Notes: generated from the letters alone by a model not told the origin. A stretch of DNA of 64,000 nucleotides from an uncultured bacterium (GCA_965541585.1 CBEUCH010000009.1:64001-128000), one strand, 5' to 3'; positions 26,797-36,654 are shown, numbered from the stretch's first letter. Translations and numbers: made by a program.

Positions 26797-29700
26797 GTGT
26801 TACTTTCGCGCCTTGAAATTTCCGGATTCAAGTCCTTTCCGAACAGGACTATCATAGACTTCGACGGCGGTATAACAGGCGTAGTTGGGCCGAACGGATG
26901 CGGCAAATCCAACATTCTCGATTCCATAAGATGGGTGCTCGGGGAACAGCGCACGAGTATTTTGAGAAGTTCGCGAATGGAAGAGGTGATATTCAGCGGT
27001 ACGTCTCAGTTGAAGCCCATAGGAATGGCCGAGGTTACTCTTTTCATAAAGAACAATCGCGGTCTTCTGCCGATCGAATATGACGACCTCAACATTACCA
27101 GAAGACTTTACCGCTCGGGGGAATCCGAATACCTGCTCAACAAAAATCAATGCCGCTTGAAAGATATTGTGGAGCTATTTCTCGATACCGGAATAGGACC
27201 GCACGCCTACAGCGTTATACAGCAAGGGATGGTCGATGCTATTCTATCCGACAGGACGGAGGATCGCAGATCATTATTTGAGGAAGCCGCCGGTGTCACC
27301 AGATACAAACATCGCAAGAAGGAAGCGGAAAACAAACTTGTGGCCACCGAGGCCGACCTTCTGCGGCTCGGAGATATTATCGCCGAAATAGAGAAACAGG
27401 TTATTCTGCTGCGGCGCCAGGCCAAGAGGGCGCAGAGGTATTCCGGACAGAAGGAGCTCTTAAAAGATATCGAATGCACCCTGGCAGCCGCCCGGCTTTT
27501 CAGTTCGCAGGAGCGGTACAAAGAGTTGCTTGATAGAAAAAAGAGTCTGCAGATCGATCTCGAAGTTTACAATGCAGAAATAAAAAAATATGAATTCAAT
27601 CTTCAGGAAATTAAGCTCAAGGTAACCGATCATGAGACTCAGGCCTCCGAATACAGGCAGACTGAATCGGATGCGACAATCAAATCCGCTCGTATTGAGA
27701 GCGAGATCACACTTAACAAACAGCGTGCGGAAACATCATCGAATGAAATCCAGAAATGCAAGGCCGAGATCAACGCCCTGGAAAACCGTATACAAGCGCT
27801 GGAGAATGGGATATCGGAAAACCGGCGTCGGCTGAACGATATCGATACTCAAAAGAAATCTTCAGAAGAGGATAATGAGACGATAGAGGCTAAGCTGGAG
27901 GGACTTTCGAAGGAGTCGACGGAAGCGGAGTCTGCCCTCGAGAAACAGAGAACCGACCACTCCGGAATTACAGAGAGGATATCGGGTATCAAGGCCGAGG
28001 CCGAATCTCTGATAGAAGTGAAAGATGGTCTCGAACAAAAGATTGTACAGCTCCAGAAGGATGTCAGCGGGTACGATAAATTTCGTGATGAAAACCGCCG
28101 CGATATTGTAGATCTCGAGGAGAAAAACCGGGGAATTATCAGGAAGGTCGATAGCACGAAAGCATCCCGAGATTCGAAATCAAAGGAGATTGCCGATATC
28201 GAGGAATCACTGACCCGCTTGAAAGATAGACTCTCCGCGCAAAAATCTGAATCTTCGGCATTGCAAGCAAGAGATGAACTTCTGGGGCAACTTATAGAAT
28301 CGGGTGAGGGTTATTCCGGTGGAGCGAAAGCTCTTCTCTCGTGGTCCGAAAAGCCCGCCGGCATGTTCTTGCCTCTGGCTGAAGCTCTCGAGGTGCCGCC
28401 GGATTATCGGGTGCCGTTAACTGCGGCCCTGGGTCAGATGGGCGAGGTTATCCCGGTAGGAAGCTACTTGGACGCGGAATCTGCTATTGAGTATTTGAAT
28501 TCCAGCGCGGGAGGCCGGGCTACTTTTCTCGTCCTGGAGGGATTGAATGAATCAAAGTCCGGTGATGATAGACCCGATGGTGCTGACGGATTCCTGGGGT
28601 ATCTCGACGATCTTGTTGATTATCCTGAAGAGTATCGCCCGGCTGTGAAGCTGCTTTTGAACCGTGTTGCCCTTTTCGAGTCAAGAGGTTCGGCATCCAA
28701 CGCAGGTGGCCCCTGGCAATATCTAACCAGAGTCACCCTCGACGGTACCGTTTACCTGCCCTCGGGTTTTGTCTCGGGTGGCAAGACGATTCCAACCGTT
28801 CTCGGCAGGAAGCAAGATTCAGACTCCATCAAGGCAAAACTCAAGATAATCTCCACCGAAATCGATTCGACCGAAGCCGAACTGAACCACAATCTCGGGG
28901 TTCTGGAAAAACTGAAAGCGGAATTCCAGAATATCCAGAGGGACATCGATAGTCTGGAAGATGATCGCGGCAAAGTCGAGACTGAATTTGGCCAGTTCAA
29001 ATTCGATTTCAGGGAAAAGGAGAATCGATACAAAGCGGCCATTGATGAGGTGGAGAAGTTAAATAAGGAGATCATCTATTACAGTGAGAAACTGGATAAA
29101 CTCGATACCGAGCTGGGAGAATATGAATCAAGATCTGCAGAAAGCGTTGAAACCCTGGCCCGGATGACCGATCATGCCGGGAACCTAAGAAATTCGGTTA
29201 AGGAAATTGAGGTCCGCCTGACAACGGCCAGGATTAAAAATGTAGAGCTTGATGGTAAGACGGCAAAATTGAATTCCGAAATCAAGCACGGCCTCGAATT
29301 AAGCTCGGAAGCCACGAAAATGATTGCGACCAATCGCGATAATATAGCCGGAGCAGAACAGGCTATATCGGAATCCCGGACGAAAAATGAAAAATTAAAA
29401 CAATCGCTCGAGAGCTGTTTCGATGATCGAAACAGGCTAAAAGAAAAAATCAATGTGGTAGATGGCTCTATTTCGGAGCTGATGTCCGATTTGAAACAAC
29501 TCGAGAGTAAACTTGCCGGCAAGCGCCCGGAGAGGGAACAACAAACCTCCGCGCTGCATCAGTTCGATATGGAAATCATGGAATTTGATTCCACGCGAAA
29601 ATCGGCAATGGAGCGCCTCAAGCTGGAGTTCGGCGTAACCTCAATAGAATCGGCGCCGCTGCCAGATGGCATCACTGTCGAATCGCAGATGGAGAAAAGC

Positions 29701-30345
29701 GAATCGATTCGCAACTCTCTCCAAAGGATGGAACCTGTCAATCTCATGGCCGCCGAGGATTACGAACGAGAAAACGATCGGCTGGAATTCCTCCTCCGTC
29801 AACGCGAGGATCTGCTTGAAGCAAAAACATCTTTGAAGCAGGCCATTACGCGCATCAATACGACGGCGGAGAAACGTTTCAACGGAACCTTCGAGAAAAT
29901 CAACGAGAATTTTCGGGATGTATTCGTTTCGCTCTTCGAGGGGGGAGAGGCCGGAGTAGAGTTGGAGGATCCTCTGGACCCGCTCGAAAGCCCGATAAAA
30001 ATATGGGCACGTCCACGCGGCAAAAAAATGCTTTCGGTAACCCAGCTTTCCGGAGGAGAGAGAGCTCTAACCGCTATATCATTGTTATTTGCAATCTATC
30101 TGGTAAAGCCCAGCCCGTTCTGCATTCTCGATGAAGTCGATGCGCCCCTCGATGATGCCAACCTGATGCGTTTTCTGAAGCTGATCAAGGAGTACGCCGA
30201 GGGCACTCAATTTATCATAATCACCCATAATAAGTTGACCATGGAGGCCTCTGATATCCTCTACGGAGTTACCATGCAATCCCCCGGAGTTTCAAAAGTA
30301 GTGGCTGTCAAATTCAGGGGCAACGGAGATGGTGACGAAGGATAA
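26797..30345 (+). CDS. smc: Chromosome segregation protein SMC
   Basis: GFKSF, Walker A GPNGCGKSN, coiled coils, hinge, LSGGE, LDEVDAPLD. Confidence 0.98.
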   Translation: MLLSRLEISGFKSFPNRTIIDFDGGITGVVGPNGCGKSNILDSIRWVLGEQRTSILRSSRMEEVIFSGTSQLKPIGMAEVTLFIKNNRGLLPIEYDDLNITRRLYRSGESEYLLNKNQCRLKDIVELFLDTGIGPHAYSVIQQGMVDAILSDRTEDRRSLFEEAAGVTRYKHRKKEAENKLVATEADLLRLGDIIAEIEKQVILLRRQAKRAQRYSGQKELLKDIECTLAAARLFSSQERYKELLDRKKSLQIDLEVYNAEIKKYEFNLQEIKLKVTDHETQASEYRQTESDATIKSARIESEITLNKQRAETSSNEIQKCKAEINALENRIQALENGISENRRRLNDIDTQKKSSEEDNETIEAKLEGLSKESTEAESALEKQRTDHSGITERISGIKAEAESLIEVKDGLEQKIVQLQKDVSGYDKFRDENRRDIVDLEEKNRGIIRKVDSTKASRDSKSKEIADIEESLTRLKDRLSAQKSESSALQARDELLGQLIESGEGYSGGAKALLSWSEKPAGMFLPLAEALEVPPDYRVPLTAALGQMGEVIPVGSYLDAESAIEYLNSSAGGRATFLVLEGLNESKSGDDRPDGADGFLGYLDDLVDYPEEYRPAVKLLLNRVALFESRGSASNAGGPWQYLTRVTLDGTVYLPSGFVSGGKTIPTVLGRKQDSDSIKAKLKIISTEIDSTEAELNHNLGVLEKLKAEFQNIQRDIDSLEDDRGKVETEFGQFKFDFREKENRYKAAIDEVEKLNKEIIYYSEKLDKLDTELGEYESRSAESVETLARMTDHAGNLRNSVKEIEVRLTTARIKNVELDGKTAKLNSEIKHGLELSSEATKMIATNRDNIAGAEQAISESRTKNEKLKQSLESCFDDRNRLKEKINVVDGSISELMSDLKQLESKLAGKRPEREQQTSALHQFDMEIMEFDSTRKSAMERLKLEFGVTSIESAPLPDGITVESQMEKSESIRNSLQRMEPVNLMAAEDYERENDRLEFLLRQREDLLEAKTSLKQAITRINTTAEKRFNGTFEKINENFRDVFVSLFEGGEAGVELEDPLDPLESPIKIWARPRGKKMLSVTQLSGGERALTAISLLFAIYLVKPSPFCILDEVDAPLDDANLMRFLKLIKEYAEGTQFIIITHNKLTMEASDILYGVTMQSPGVSKVVAVKFRGNGDGDEG

Positions 30346-31255
30346 GAGGGTGCTTAAGAGATTCGCTGCCGGCCTGAAAAAAACCAGAAATGCCATCGCC
30401 AATAATTTTCCGGGTTTTGTAGGTCTGCCGGGAGAGAATGAAACTCTCGATAGAGAGACTCTGGGGGAATTAGAAGAGGCCTTGATCCTGGCCGATATCG
30501 GCGCCATAGCGGCGGCCGAGATTATTGATGACCTGGTAAAGAACTATACCGGCAAGGCGCCTCAAAATGTGCTGGCGAGAATAATCGCTGATCGGTTCAA
30601 CACAAATGCTGACGAAGAATTATCTTTGACCGCGAAGCCGCAGGTCATTCTGGTTGTCGGGGTCAACGGTTCCGGAAAGACCACCACTATTGCGAAGATT
30701 GCGGACACGGCTATAAAATCCGGCGGCAGGGTAATCATGGCGGCGGCCGATACGTTCAGAGCGGCGGCAGGTGAACAACTCGAACACTGGGCCGAAACGG
30801 TGGGCGCGGAGATTGTCCGGCAGGCCGAACGGTCAGATCCTGCCGCTGTGGCCTTCGATGCCGTCAAAGCGGGGATCGCTCGCAACTACGATCTTGTCCT
30901 GGTCGATACCGCCGGAAGACTCCAGACCAAGACCAATCTCATGGAAGAACTCAAAAAAATAAAAAGGGTGATCAATAAGGCCATGGAGGGAGCGCCGCAC
31001 CAGATCCTGATGGTTATGGATGCCACCACAGGCCAGAATGGCCTTTCGCAGATAAGCATTTTTGATGAAGCGATTGGATTGACTGGAATCGCAATTGCCA
31101 AGCTCGACGGCACGGCAAAGGGAGGAGTGCTGGTTGCCGCTGTCGAGAAATTCAAAGTACCCATAAAGTATGTCGGGGTCGGAGAGAAACCGGAGGATTT
31201 GATCGAATTCGATCCGGTGGCTTTCGCCGAGGCCCTGGTAGGTATCGATGAATAG
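30329..31255 (+). CDS. ftsY: SRP receptor FtsY
   Basis: GVNGSGKTTT, DTFRAAA, DTAGR, KLDGTAKGG. Confidence 0.97.
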   Translation: MVTKDKRVLKRFAAGLKKTRNAIANNFPGFVGLPGENETLDRETLGELEEALILADIGAIAAAEIIDDLVKNYTGKAPQNVLARIIADRFNTNADEELSLTAKPQVILVVGVNGSGKTTTIAKIADTAIKSGGRVIMAAADTFRAAAGEQLEHWAETVGAEIVRQAERSDPAAVAFDAVKAGIARNYDLVLVDTAGRLQTKTNLMEELKKIKRVINKAMEGAPHQILMVMDATTGQNGLSQISIFDEAIGLTGIAIAKLDGTAKGGVLVAAVEKFKVPIKYVGVGEKPEDLIEFDPVAFAEALVGIDE

Positions 31256-31655
31256 GTTACACCACATGGATATCCGCACGGATAGACGAAATCAATTTCT
31301 CGATATAAGCGACATGGTTCGGGATCTGGTAAGTCAATCAGGCGTGGCGGAAGGCTCGGCAGTGATTTTTGTTCCTCATACGACTGCCGCCGTGACCGTA
31401 AACGAAAACGCCGATCCTGCAGTCCAATCCGATATATTGGACCACCTCGAGAAATTAATCCCCGGAAGCGAACAATTCCGCCATTCCGAGGGAAACTCCG
31501 ATTCGCATATCAAGGCCAGTCTTATTGGCTCAAGGGTGTCCATTTTCATCTCAGGGGGGAAAATTGTTCTGGGAACCTGGCAGGGGATATATTTCTGCGA
31601 ATTCGATGGCCCCCGCTCAAGAAAACTGATTGTTAAGATAATTCCCGATAAATAG
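31248..31655 (+). CDS. yjbQ: YjbQ / UPF0047 (secondary thiamine-phosphate synthase) family protein
   Basis: PHTTA, NENADP, HSEGNSDSHIK, LGTWQGIYFCEFDGPR. Confidence 0.93.
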   Translation: MNRLHHMDIRTDRRNQFLDISDMVRDLVSQSGVAEGSAVIFVPHTTAAVTVNENADPAVQSDILDHLEKLIPGSEQFRHSEGNSDSHIKASLIGSRVSIFISGGKIVLGTWQGIYFCEFDGPRSRKLIVKIIPDK

Positions 31656-31660
31656 AAATT
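31605..31660 (+). repeat. Direct repeat copy 1 (3' end of yjbQ including stop), att-like
   Basis: 50/56 identical to 34633-34688 by manual alignment. Confidence 0.92.
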
Positions 31661-31926
31661 AGCGGAAATGGAATGGATAACACACGATCTTTCACCCCCA
31701 TATCCAAAGGGACGATGATTTCCCTTTTTAGGATTTTCGAGAAGATTGAGATAGATATGAGGGTATGTGGACAGGTAGGTCTTTGTAGTTTAGAGATAAA
31801 GCTACCAGCGTATATAAGTCAAGTTGGTTGATTTTTTTGTTGCATTATGGACTAAACAGGGCTATGTTTTATACGATGAATTGACACAGTTTATTGTGCC
31901 ATTGTTACCGGAAAGATTATCGTTAA

Positions 31927-34620
31927 ATGAATCAGAGAGAGTTTGAAGGCAACACCCGTTCATTCGTTCCCATATCCAACGGGACCATAATCTTCCACTA
32001 CAAGGTCATTAAGAAGATCGGCGCCGGTGGCATGGGCGAAGTGTATCTGGCCGAAGACACCAGGCTTGATCGTAAGGTCGCACTCAAATTTTTACCGCTC
32101 CATCTATGTCCGGATGAAGATTACCACATACGATTCAAAAGGGAAGCCCAAGCCGTTGCTAAATTAAATCACCCTAATATAATTACAGTCTATGAGGTTT
32201 CAGAATATCAAGGACGCCCATTCTTCGCGATGGAGTTGGTCGAGGGTCAATCATTACGAGAATTATCCTCAAGTAAAGGATTAAGCTGCGAGAGAATTAT
32301 TGAACTTGCCATTCAGATATGCGATGGTCTAAGCGCCGCTCATGAGAAAGAAATAGTTCATCGAGATATTAAACCGTCCAACATCGTTATCGACGCTTAT
32401 GGCCGTCCTAAAATTCTTGATTTTGGTTTGGCGGCAATTCGGGGCCGTGAACAAATTACCAAGACCGGATCTACTCTGGGTACAATAAGATACATGTCAC
32501 CAGAGCAGGTAGAGGGAAGAAAAGTTGACAGTAGGTCAGACCTGTTTTCACTCGGTACCGTTCTTTATGAAATGATCGCTGGCCGCACCCCATTTGAGCG
32601 CGACAATGAGGCCGCCACCCTAAAGTCCATTGGTCAAGACAATCCTGAGCCGCTGGGAAGGTACAAGTCCGATATACCTGATGAACTTCAACGCACAGTT
32701 TCCAAGTTGCTTGAAAAAGATCCGTCAATGAGATATCAGAGCGCCGCAGGTGTTATTAGTGATTTGAAACCACTTATTGCATCGACCAGGAGCTCCATGA
32801 CTTTACCCTCGACCAAACAGAAGAACAGATGGCCTCTTGCGGTCGGTGGGCTGGTAATTATCGTAGGTTTACTGGTAGCAGGTGTAAAATACTGGCCCGA
32901 CGGTGATACTGGGCATCCCGGTGCGCCAACTCAAGGGCGGATAATGTTGGCAGTACTTCCATTTGAAAACCTGGGAGCGCCGGAGGATGAATACTTCGCC
33001 GATGGAATCACTGATGAAATCACCTCAAGAGTCGCGGTTCTTAATGGTCTCGGCGTAATTGCGAGGACGAGTATCTTGCAATACAAGGGCACAAAAAAGC
33101 GAATTGCGGAAATTGGCTCTGAACTGAATGTTGACTACATTCTTGAGGGGACGATTCGCTGGGACAAGTCGGGCAATATCGACAGAGTCCGTATCACACC
33201 GCAATTGATCCGGGTGTCGGATGAAACGCATCTCTGGGTGGACAATATTCAAAAAGACCTCTCGCAGATTTTTGAAGTGCAAGAAGAAATTGCCACGAGT
33301 ATCGCCGGAGCGCTAAACGTAGCCTTAATAACCGGAGAGCGAGAGACGCTTGTTTATCGACCGACCGAAAACCTCGAAGCCTATGACTATTATCTTAGAG
33401 CGAGAAACTATGGCGACCATGACGATTTTCTCGCGGCGATTGAATTGCTCGATAAGGCCACCGAGCTGGACTCGACTTTTGCATTGGCCTTCGCCTTGAA
33501 ATCTCAATCACATTCAAATTATGCCTTTGGAGAGGAATTGGGCGCTTCAGAGCATTCCGGGCCGGCGCGACTCGCTTATCAAAGGGCTTTTGAAATTCAA
33601 CCTGACTTGGCTGAGGCACATCTGGCCCGCGGGACTTATTTGAATTTAATTGAAAGAGATTACTCGAGCGCTCTCGAAGAATTTGAACTTGCTCAGCAAG
33701 GACAAGTTGACGAAGCGCAGGTTCTAAATGCAATCTCAATAGTCAAGATGCGACAGGGCAAATGGCATGAGGCAATAGCTATCGCCAGGCAGGTCAACAA
33801 GCTTGACCCTCGATCATTTCGGGCTGGGTTAGTGGCGATCCAGGCAAACTTGTTCGTTCATCAGTACGACGAGGCACTGGAAGCCGTTGAGCGAGCAATC
33901 TCTTTAGCTCCTGACGAAGTTGGAATCTATTCCATAAAAGCACAGATTCAGATTAACATGGGAGCGGATGTCGAGCAGATTCAAGAGACCCTTTCCGAAT
34001 GGTCACGCCGTACCACTTTAGAGGGATGGGCATTCGAGTCAGAAGGACCGATGTTTTTCGGACTCTTTCGCTTATGGAATCAGTCGATTGACGTGGATGC
34101 AAAGATCTCTGTTATGAAGTCAAGATTACATGACTATCAGAATCCAGATCAGTATTTCTACACGGGGCTTCTGTATCAACTTAAGGGGGACGAAGTTTCT
34201 TCGTACGTCTATCTGGATTCGGCGTGTATCCTGATCAAAAATCGTGTCGCGAAGGCCCGGGGCGACACTACCGGTCGATTTGAAAATTTCGATCTGGATC
34301 ACAGCATTTATAATTTTCTTGCGCTGGCTTATTCACAGACAAATAGACATAAGCTCGCTATTGATCACGCACAGTTGGCCATGGAAACCATGACTACCGA
34401 TGACTGCCACTGGTGAGGACCTGGTTCGGTCATGGTCATGGCCTATGTTCAGTTGAATGCCGGGAATATTGATGTGGCGCTTGATTATCTGGAAGAGGTC
34501 TTGTCTATTCCGTCTTCCTATTCGACGGCCTGGGTTGAGCTGGACCCTCTATGGGCGCCGGCACGCAATCACGTTCGCTACGAAGAAATAATCTTGAAGT
34601 ACAAGGGTATTTCCTTCTGA
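31927..34620 (+). CDS. Membrane Ser/Thr protein kinase with TolB-N-like and TPR domains; in-frame UGA at 34414-34416 (candidate selenocysteine 830; 897 aa if read through)
   Basis: GAGGMGEV, VALK, HRDIKPSN, DFG, YMSPEQ; TM helix; LAVLPFENL...YFADGITDEI; TPRs. The frame continues after TGA into ...LDPLWAPARNHVRYEEII. The kinase call is firm; the readthrough is inferred. Confidence 0.85.
34417..34452 (+). promoter_or_regulatory. Candidate bacterial SECIS element
   Basis: Hairpin GGUCAU-GGUC-AUGGCC (34428-34443) starting 11 nt after the UGA; loop begins with G; weak lower stem CUGG/UCAG. Confidence 0.55.
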
Positions 34621-34632
34621 AGAGAAAGTTGT

Positions 34633-34688
34633 GATGGGCCCCGCTCGAAAAAACTGATTGTTAAGATAATTACCGATAATTAGGAATT
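34633..34688 (+). repeat. Direct repeat copy 2 (duplicated yjbQ 3' end), att-like
   Basis: GATGGGCCCCGCTCGAAAAAACTGATTGTTAAGATAATTACCGATAATTAGGAATT matches 31605-31660 at 50/56. Confidence 0.92.
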
Positions 34689-34817
34689 GCCCAGCCTGCT
34701 CCGGCGCTCCGGGAAATAGATCCCCTAACTTAAAGCGGACATATTCGCTATTAATAGGAACAATTCGCACTTGAGTTGCAGTTAAGTTAATCAGAATTGA
34801 CAACGGGGAGTGCAACA

Positions 34818-35867
34818 ATGAGAAAGCAGCTTTTGATCCTAAATCTAATCGCCTTGTTTGCAAGCGGTTGTGGCGATGATTCAACCGCGCCGGGGCAGGG
34901 TGTAATTGTAGATGATGAGATTTACTCCGGCGGGGTGCCGCGCGACGGGATACCAGCCTTGAACGATCCGGTATTCATAGAGGCAAATCAGGCCATATAT
35001 TTATCCAGTGCGGATCTTGTCCTGGGCGTAGTCATCGAGGGTGAAGCCAGGGCTTACCCTATCAACATCATGAATTATCATGAGATCGTCAACGATCACT
35101 TTCAGAGTCGCCCGGTCTGTGTCACCTATTGTCCCTTGACCGGTTCAGGGGTGGTATTCGCAAGTGTCCTGGACGGGCGGGAGGTTTCTTATGGAGTCTC
35201 CGGGCTTCTATTCAGGAATAATCTGATCCCATACGACAGAACCTCGTCCAGCCTCTATTCGCAGATGTATGTCAGCGGTATCAGAGGAGACTACCGCGAT
35301 TTCGATTGGCTATTGTATCCCTCTCTGCGATGCACATGGGGATTCTGGAAGAATCATTACCCGGATACGAAGGTAATGTCTCCGAATACCGGCCATTCCC
35401 GGGACTACACCTCGAGTCCTTATGGCAATTATTCTGTGACTTACTCGACACTTTTCCCGGTCAGGTTTCCGGATAGCAGATACCATCCCAAGCATCTGAC
35501 TCTGGGAGTGCAATTCGGTGGTCAGGCCATGGCGTTCCCATCGACCGAGCTTTTCAATGAGAAAGTGGTGAATATCGAACTTGCCGGTATGCCCCTGGTG
35601 ATTGTCTATGACTCCAACGGCCGGTATATGGGCGTTTATTCACGTCTGGTGAGCGGCGACATTCTGAGTTTCTCGTTGATCAGAAACAATAGTTCTAAGA
35701 CGACAATGACCGACGATCAAACTGGCTCTACCTGGTCGGCTACGGGGCTGGCGACTGACGGCTCATTAGCGGGGGAGAAGCTGGAACAACTCCCGTTCTA
35801 TACAGCCTACTGGTTCGCCTGGCACGATTTCTACCCGGAGACCGGGGTTTACACCGCCGAAGAATGA
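34818..35867 (+). CDS. DUF3179 family lipoprotein
   Basis: Lipobox ASGC; SGGVPRDGIPALNDP, ARAYP, HEIVND, VTYCPLTGSG, GVSGLL, YWFAWHDFYPET. Confidence 0.9.
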   Translation: MRKQLLILNLIALFASGCGDDSTAPGQGVIVDDEIYSGGVPRDGIPALNDPVFIEANQAIYLSSADLVLGVVIEGEARAYPINIMNYHEIVNDHFQSRPVCVTYCPLTGSGVVFASVLDGREVSYGVSGLLFRNNLIPYDRTSSSLYSQMYVSGIRGDYRDFDWLLYPSLRCTWGFWKNHYPDTKVMSPNTGHSRDYTSSPYGNYSVTYSTLFPVRFPDSRYHPKHLTLGVQFGGQAMAFPSTELFNEKVVNIELAGMPLVIVYDSNGRYMGVYSRLVSGDILSFSLIRNNSSKTTMTDDQTGSTWSATGLATDGSLAGEKLEQLPFYTAYWFAWHDFYPETGVYTAEE

Positions 35868-35915
35868 TGTGAGACACCCGGCGGCCGGTGCCGGATTTTT
35901 GCATACAGACATCCC

Positions 35916-35944
35916 TTGACTGGAAAAACCGAAGACGGTATAGT
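35916..35944 (+). promoter_or_regulatory. Sigma70-like promoter
   Basis: TTGACT-17nt-TATAGT. Confidence 0.65.
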
Positions 35945-35993
35945 ATATATAGAGACTTTTGTAATGGAACCAGGCGGAAAAAGAGAGGTGGGC

Positions 35994-36200
35994 ATGTTCT
36001 GGCTCAGGATGGCGGGCGGTATTCTGATGGCAACCGGCGCCGGAATCTTGGGATACTATATCGTCGATATCGTTCAGCTCGGTTTTTCTCACATGAGCGG
36101 ATGGTATATCGAGAGATTACGGCCTTTCATGACGGTCGGTGCTGTTCTGATCGTTATCGGAATATTAGCCTACAAAGAGGGAAACAGGCGCACCGATTAA
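35994..36200 (+). CDS. Small two-TM membrane protein, hypothetical
   Basis: SD GAGGT before ATG 35994, two hydrophobic segments, promoter upstream. Confidence 0.65.
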   Translation: MFWLRMAGGILMATGAGILGYYIVDIVQLGFSHMSGWYIERLRPFMTVGAVLIVIGILAYKEGNRRTD

Positions 36201-36336
36201 AGTAACCCGTCTGAGCGTTTGAACGCGTTAGTCTGCATGGCAAAAAGACCGGCCTACTTCCTTGATCGGATGCGAATATCGGCCTTTCAAAGTGCGGTAT
36301 ATATCCGGGACAGTTGACGGAAGTTGATCTTGTAGA

Positions 36337-36567
36337 TTAATTGCCACCTGCTTTCAACAGATTCATTATTTGATCCAGAGGGCAATCACCGGATAATGCC
36401 ATATACGTCCCGCAAATCGGGAAAAACAAGGCGATAATAAAAATCCAGATGGCCAGGATCCGCCCGAATTTACTGACAGTTCCTTCTGCTCTGGCAGAAG
36501 AGAACAGTACAAAATAGCCAACTGTCGCCCAGAAGGTTGCCGGAATTAAAGAGAAAAAGAAACACAT
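36337..36567 (-). CDS. Small two-TM membrane protein, hypothetical
   Basis: SD AAGGAGG; hydrophobic helices with GYFVL...FGRILAIW pattern. Confidence 0.7.
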   Translation of the reverse strand: MCFFFSLIPATFWATVGYFVLFSSARAEGTVSKFGRILAIWIFIIALFFPICGTYMALSGDCPLDQIMNLLKAGGN

Positions 36568-36595
36568 CTGTAACGCCTCCTTTTTTCAACACCAG

Positions 36596-36654
36596 AAAAA
36601 AAATCGAGCCGATTCGAATAAAGGGCCTTTCGCCTATATTTGCAACCCGATTTT
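36596..36654 (-). terminator. Long hairpin with U-tract after the beta-barrel gene
   Basis: Minus strand AAAAUCGGGUUG...CGGCUCGAUUUUUUUU; the G-U pairs form only on the minus strand. Confidence 0.6.

Noticed and set aside
31661..31926. Integrase or transposase remnant in the cassette's left spacer
   Set aside because: The frames I translated gave only short, unrecognisable peptides; a BLASTx search would be needed to exclude a decayed remnant.
34414..34416. Genome-wide UGA reassignment (Trp or Gly) as the explanation for the kinase UGA
   Set aside because: Conserved genes here (ilvE, rpiB, dtd, ribH, rodA) end at TGA at their normal C-termini, so UGA is an ordinary stop in this organism.
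34432..34620. 62-aa ORF as an independent gene
   Set aside because: In frame with the kinase and encodes that family's C-terminal motif. A GAGGA overlaps the TGA about 12 nt upstream, so reinitiation is not excluded, but readthrough or a nonsense split is more economical.
36596..36654. c-di-GMP-I riboswitch on the minus strand (GCAAA...GAAA)
   Set aside because: Lacks the GACGCAAAGC second-stem junction; better explained as a terminator.
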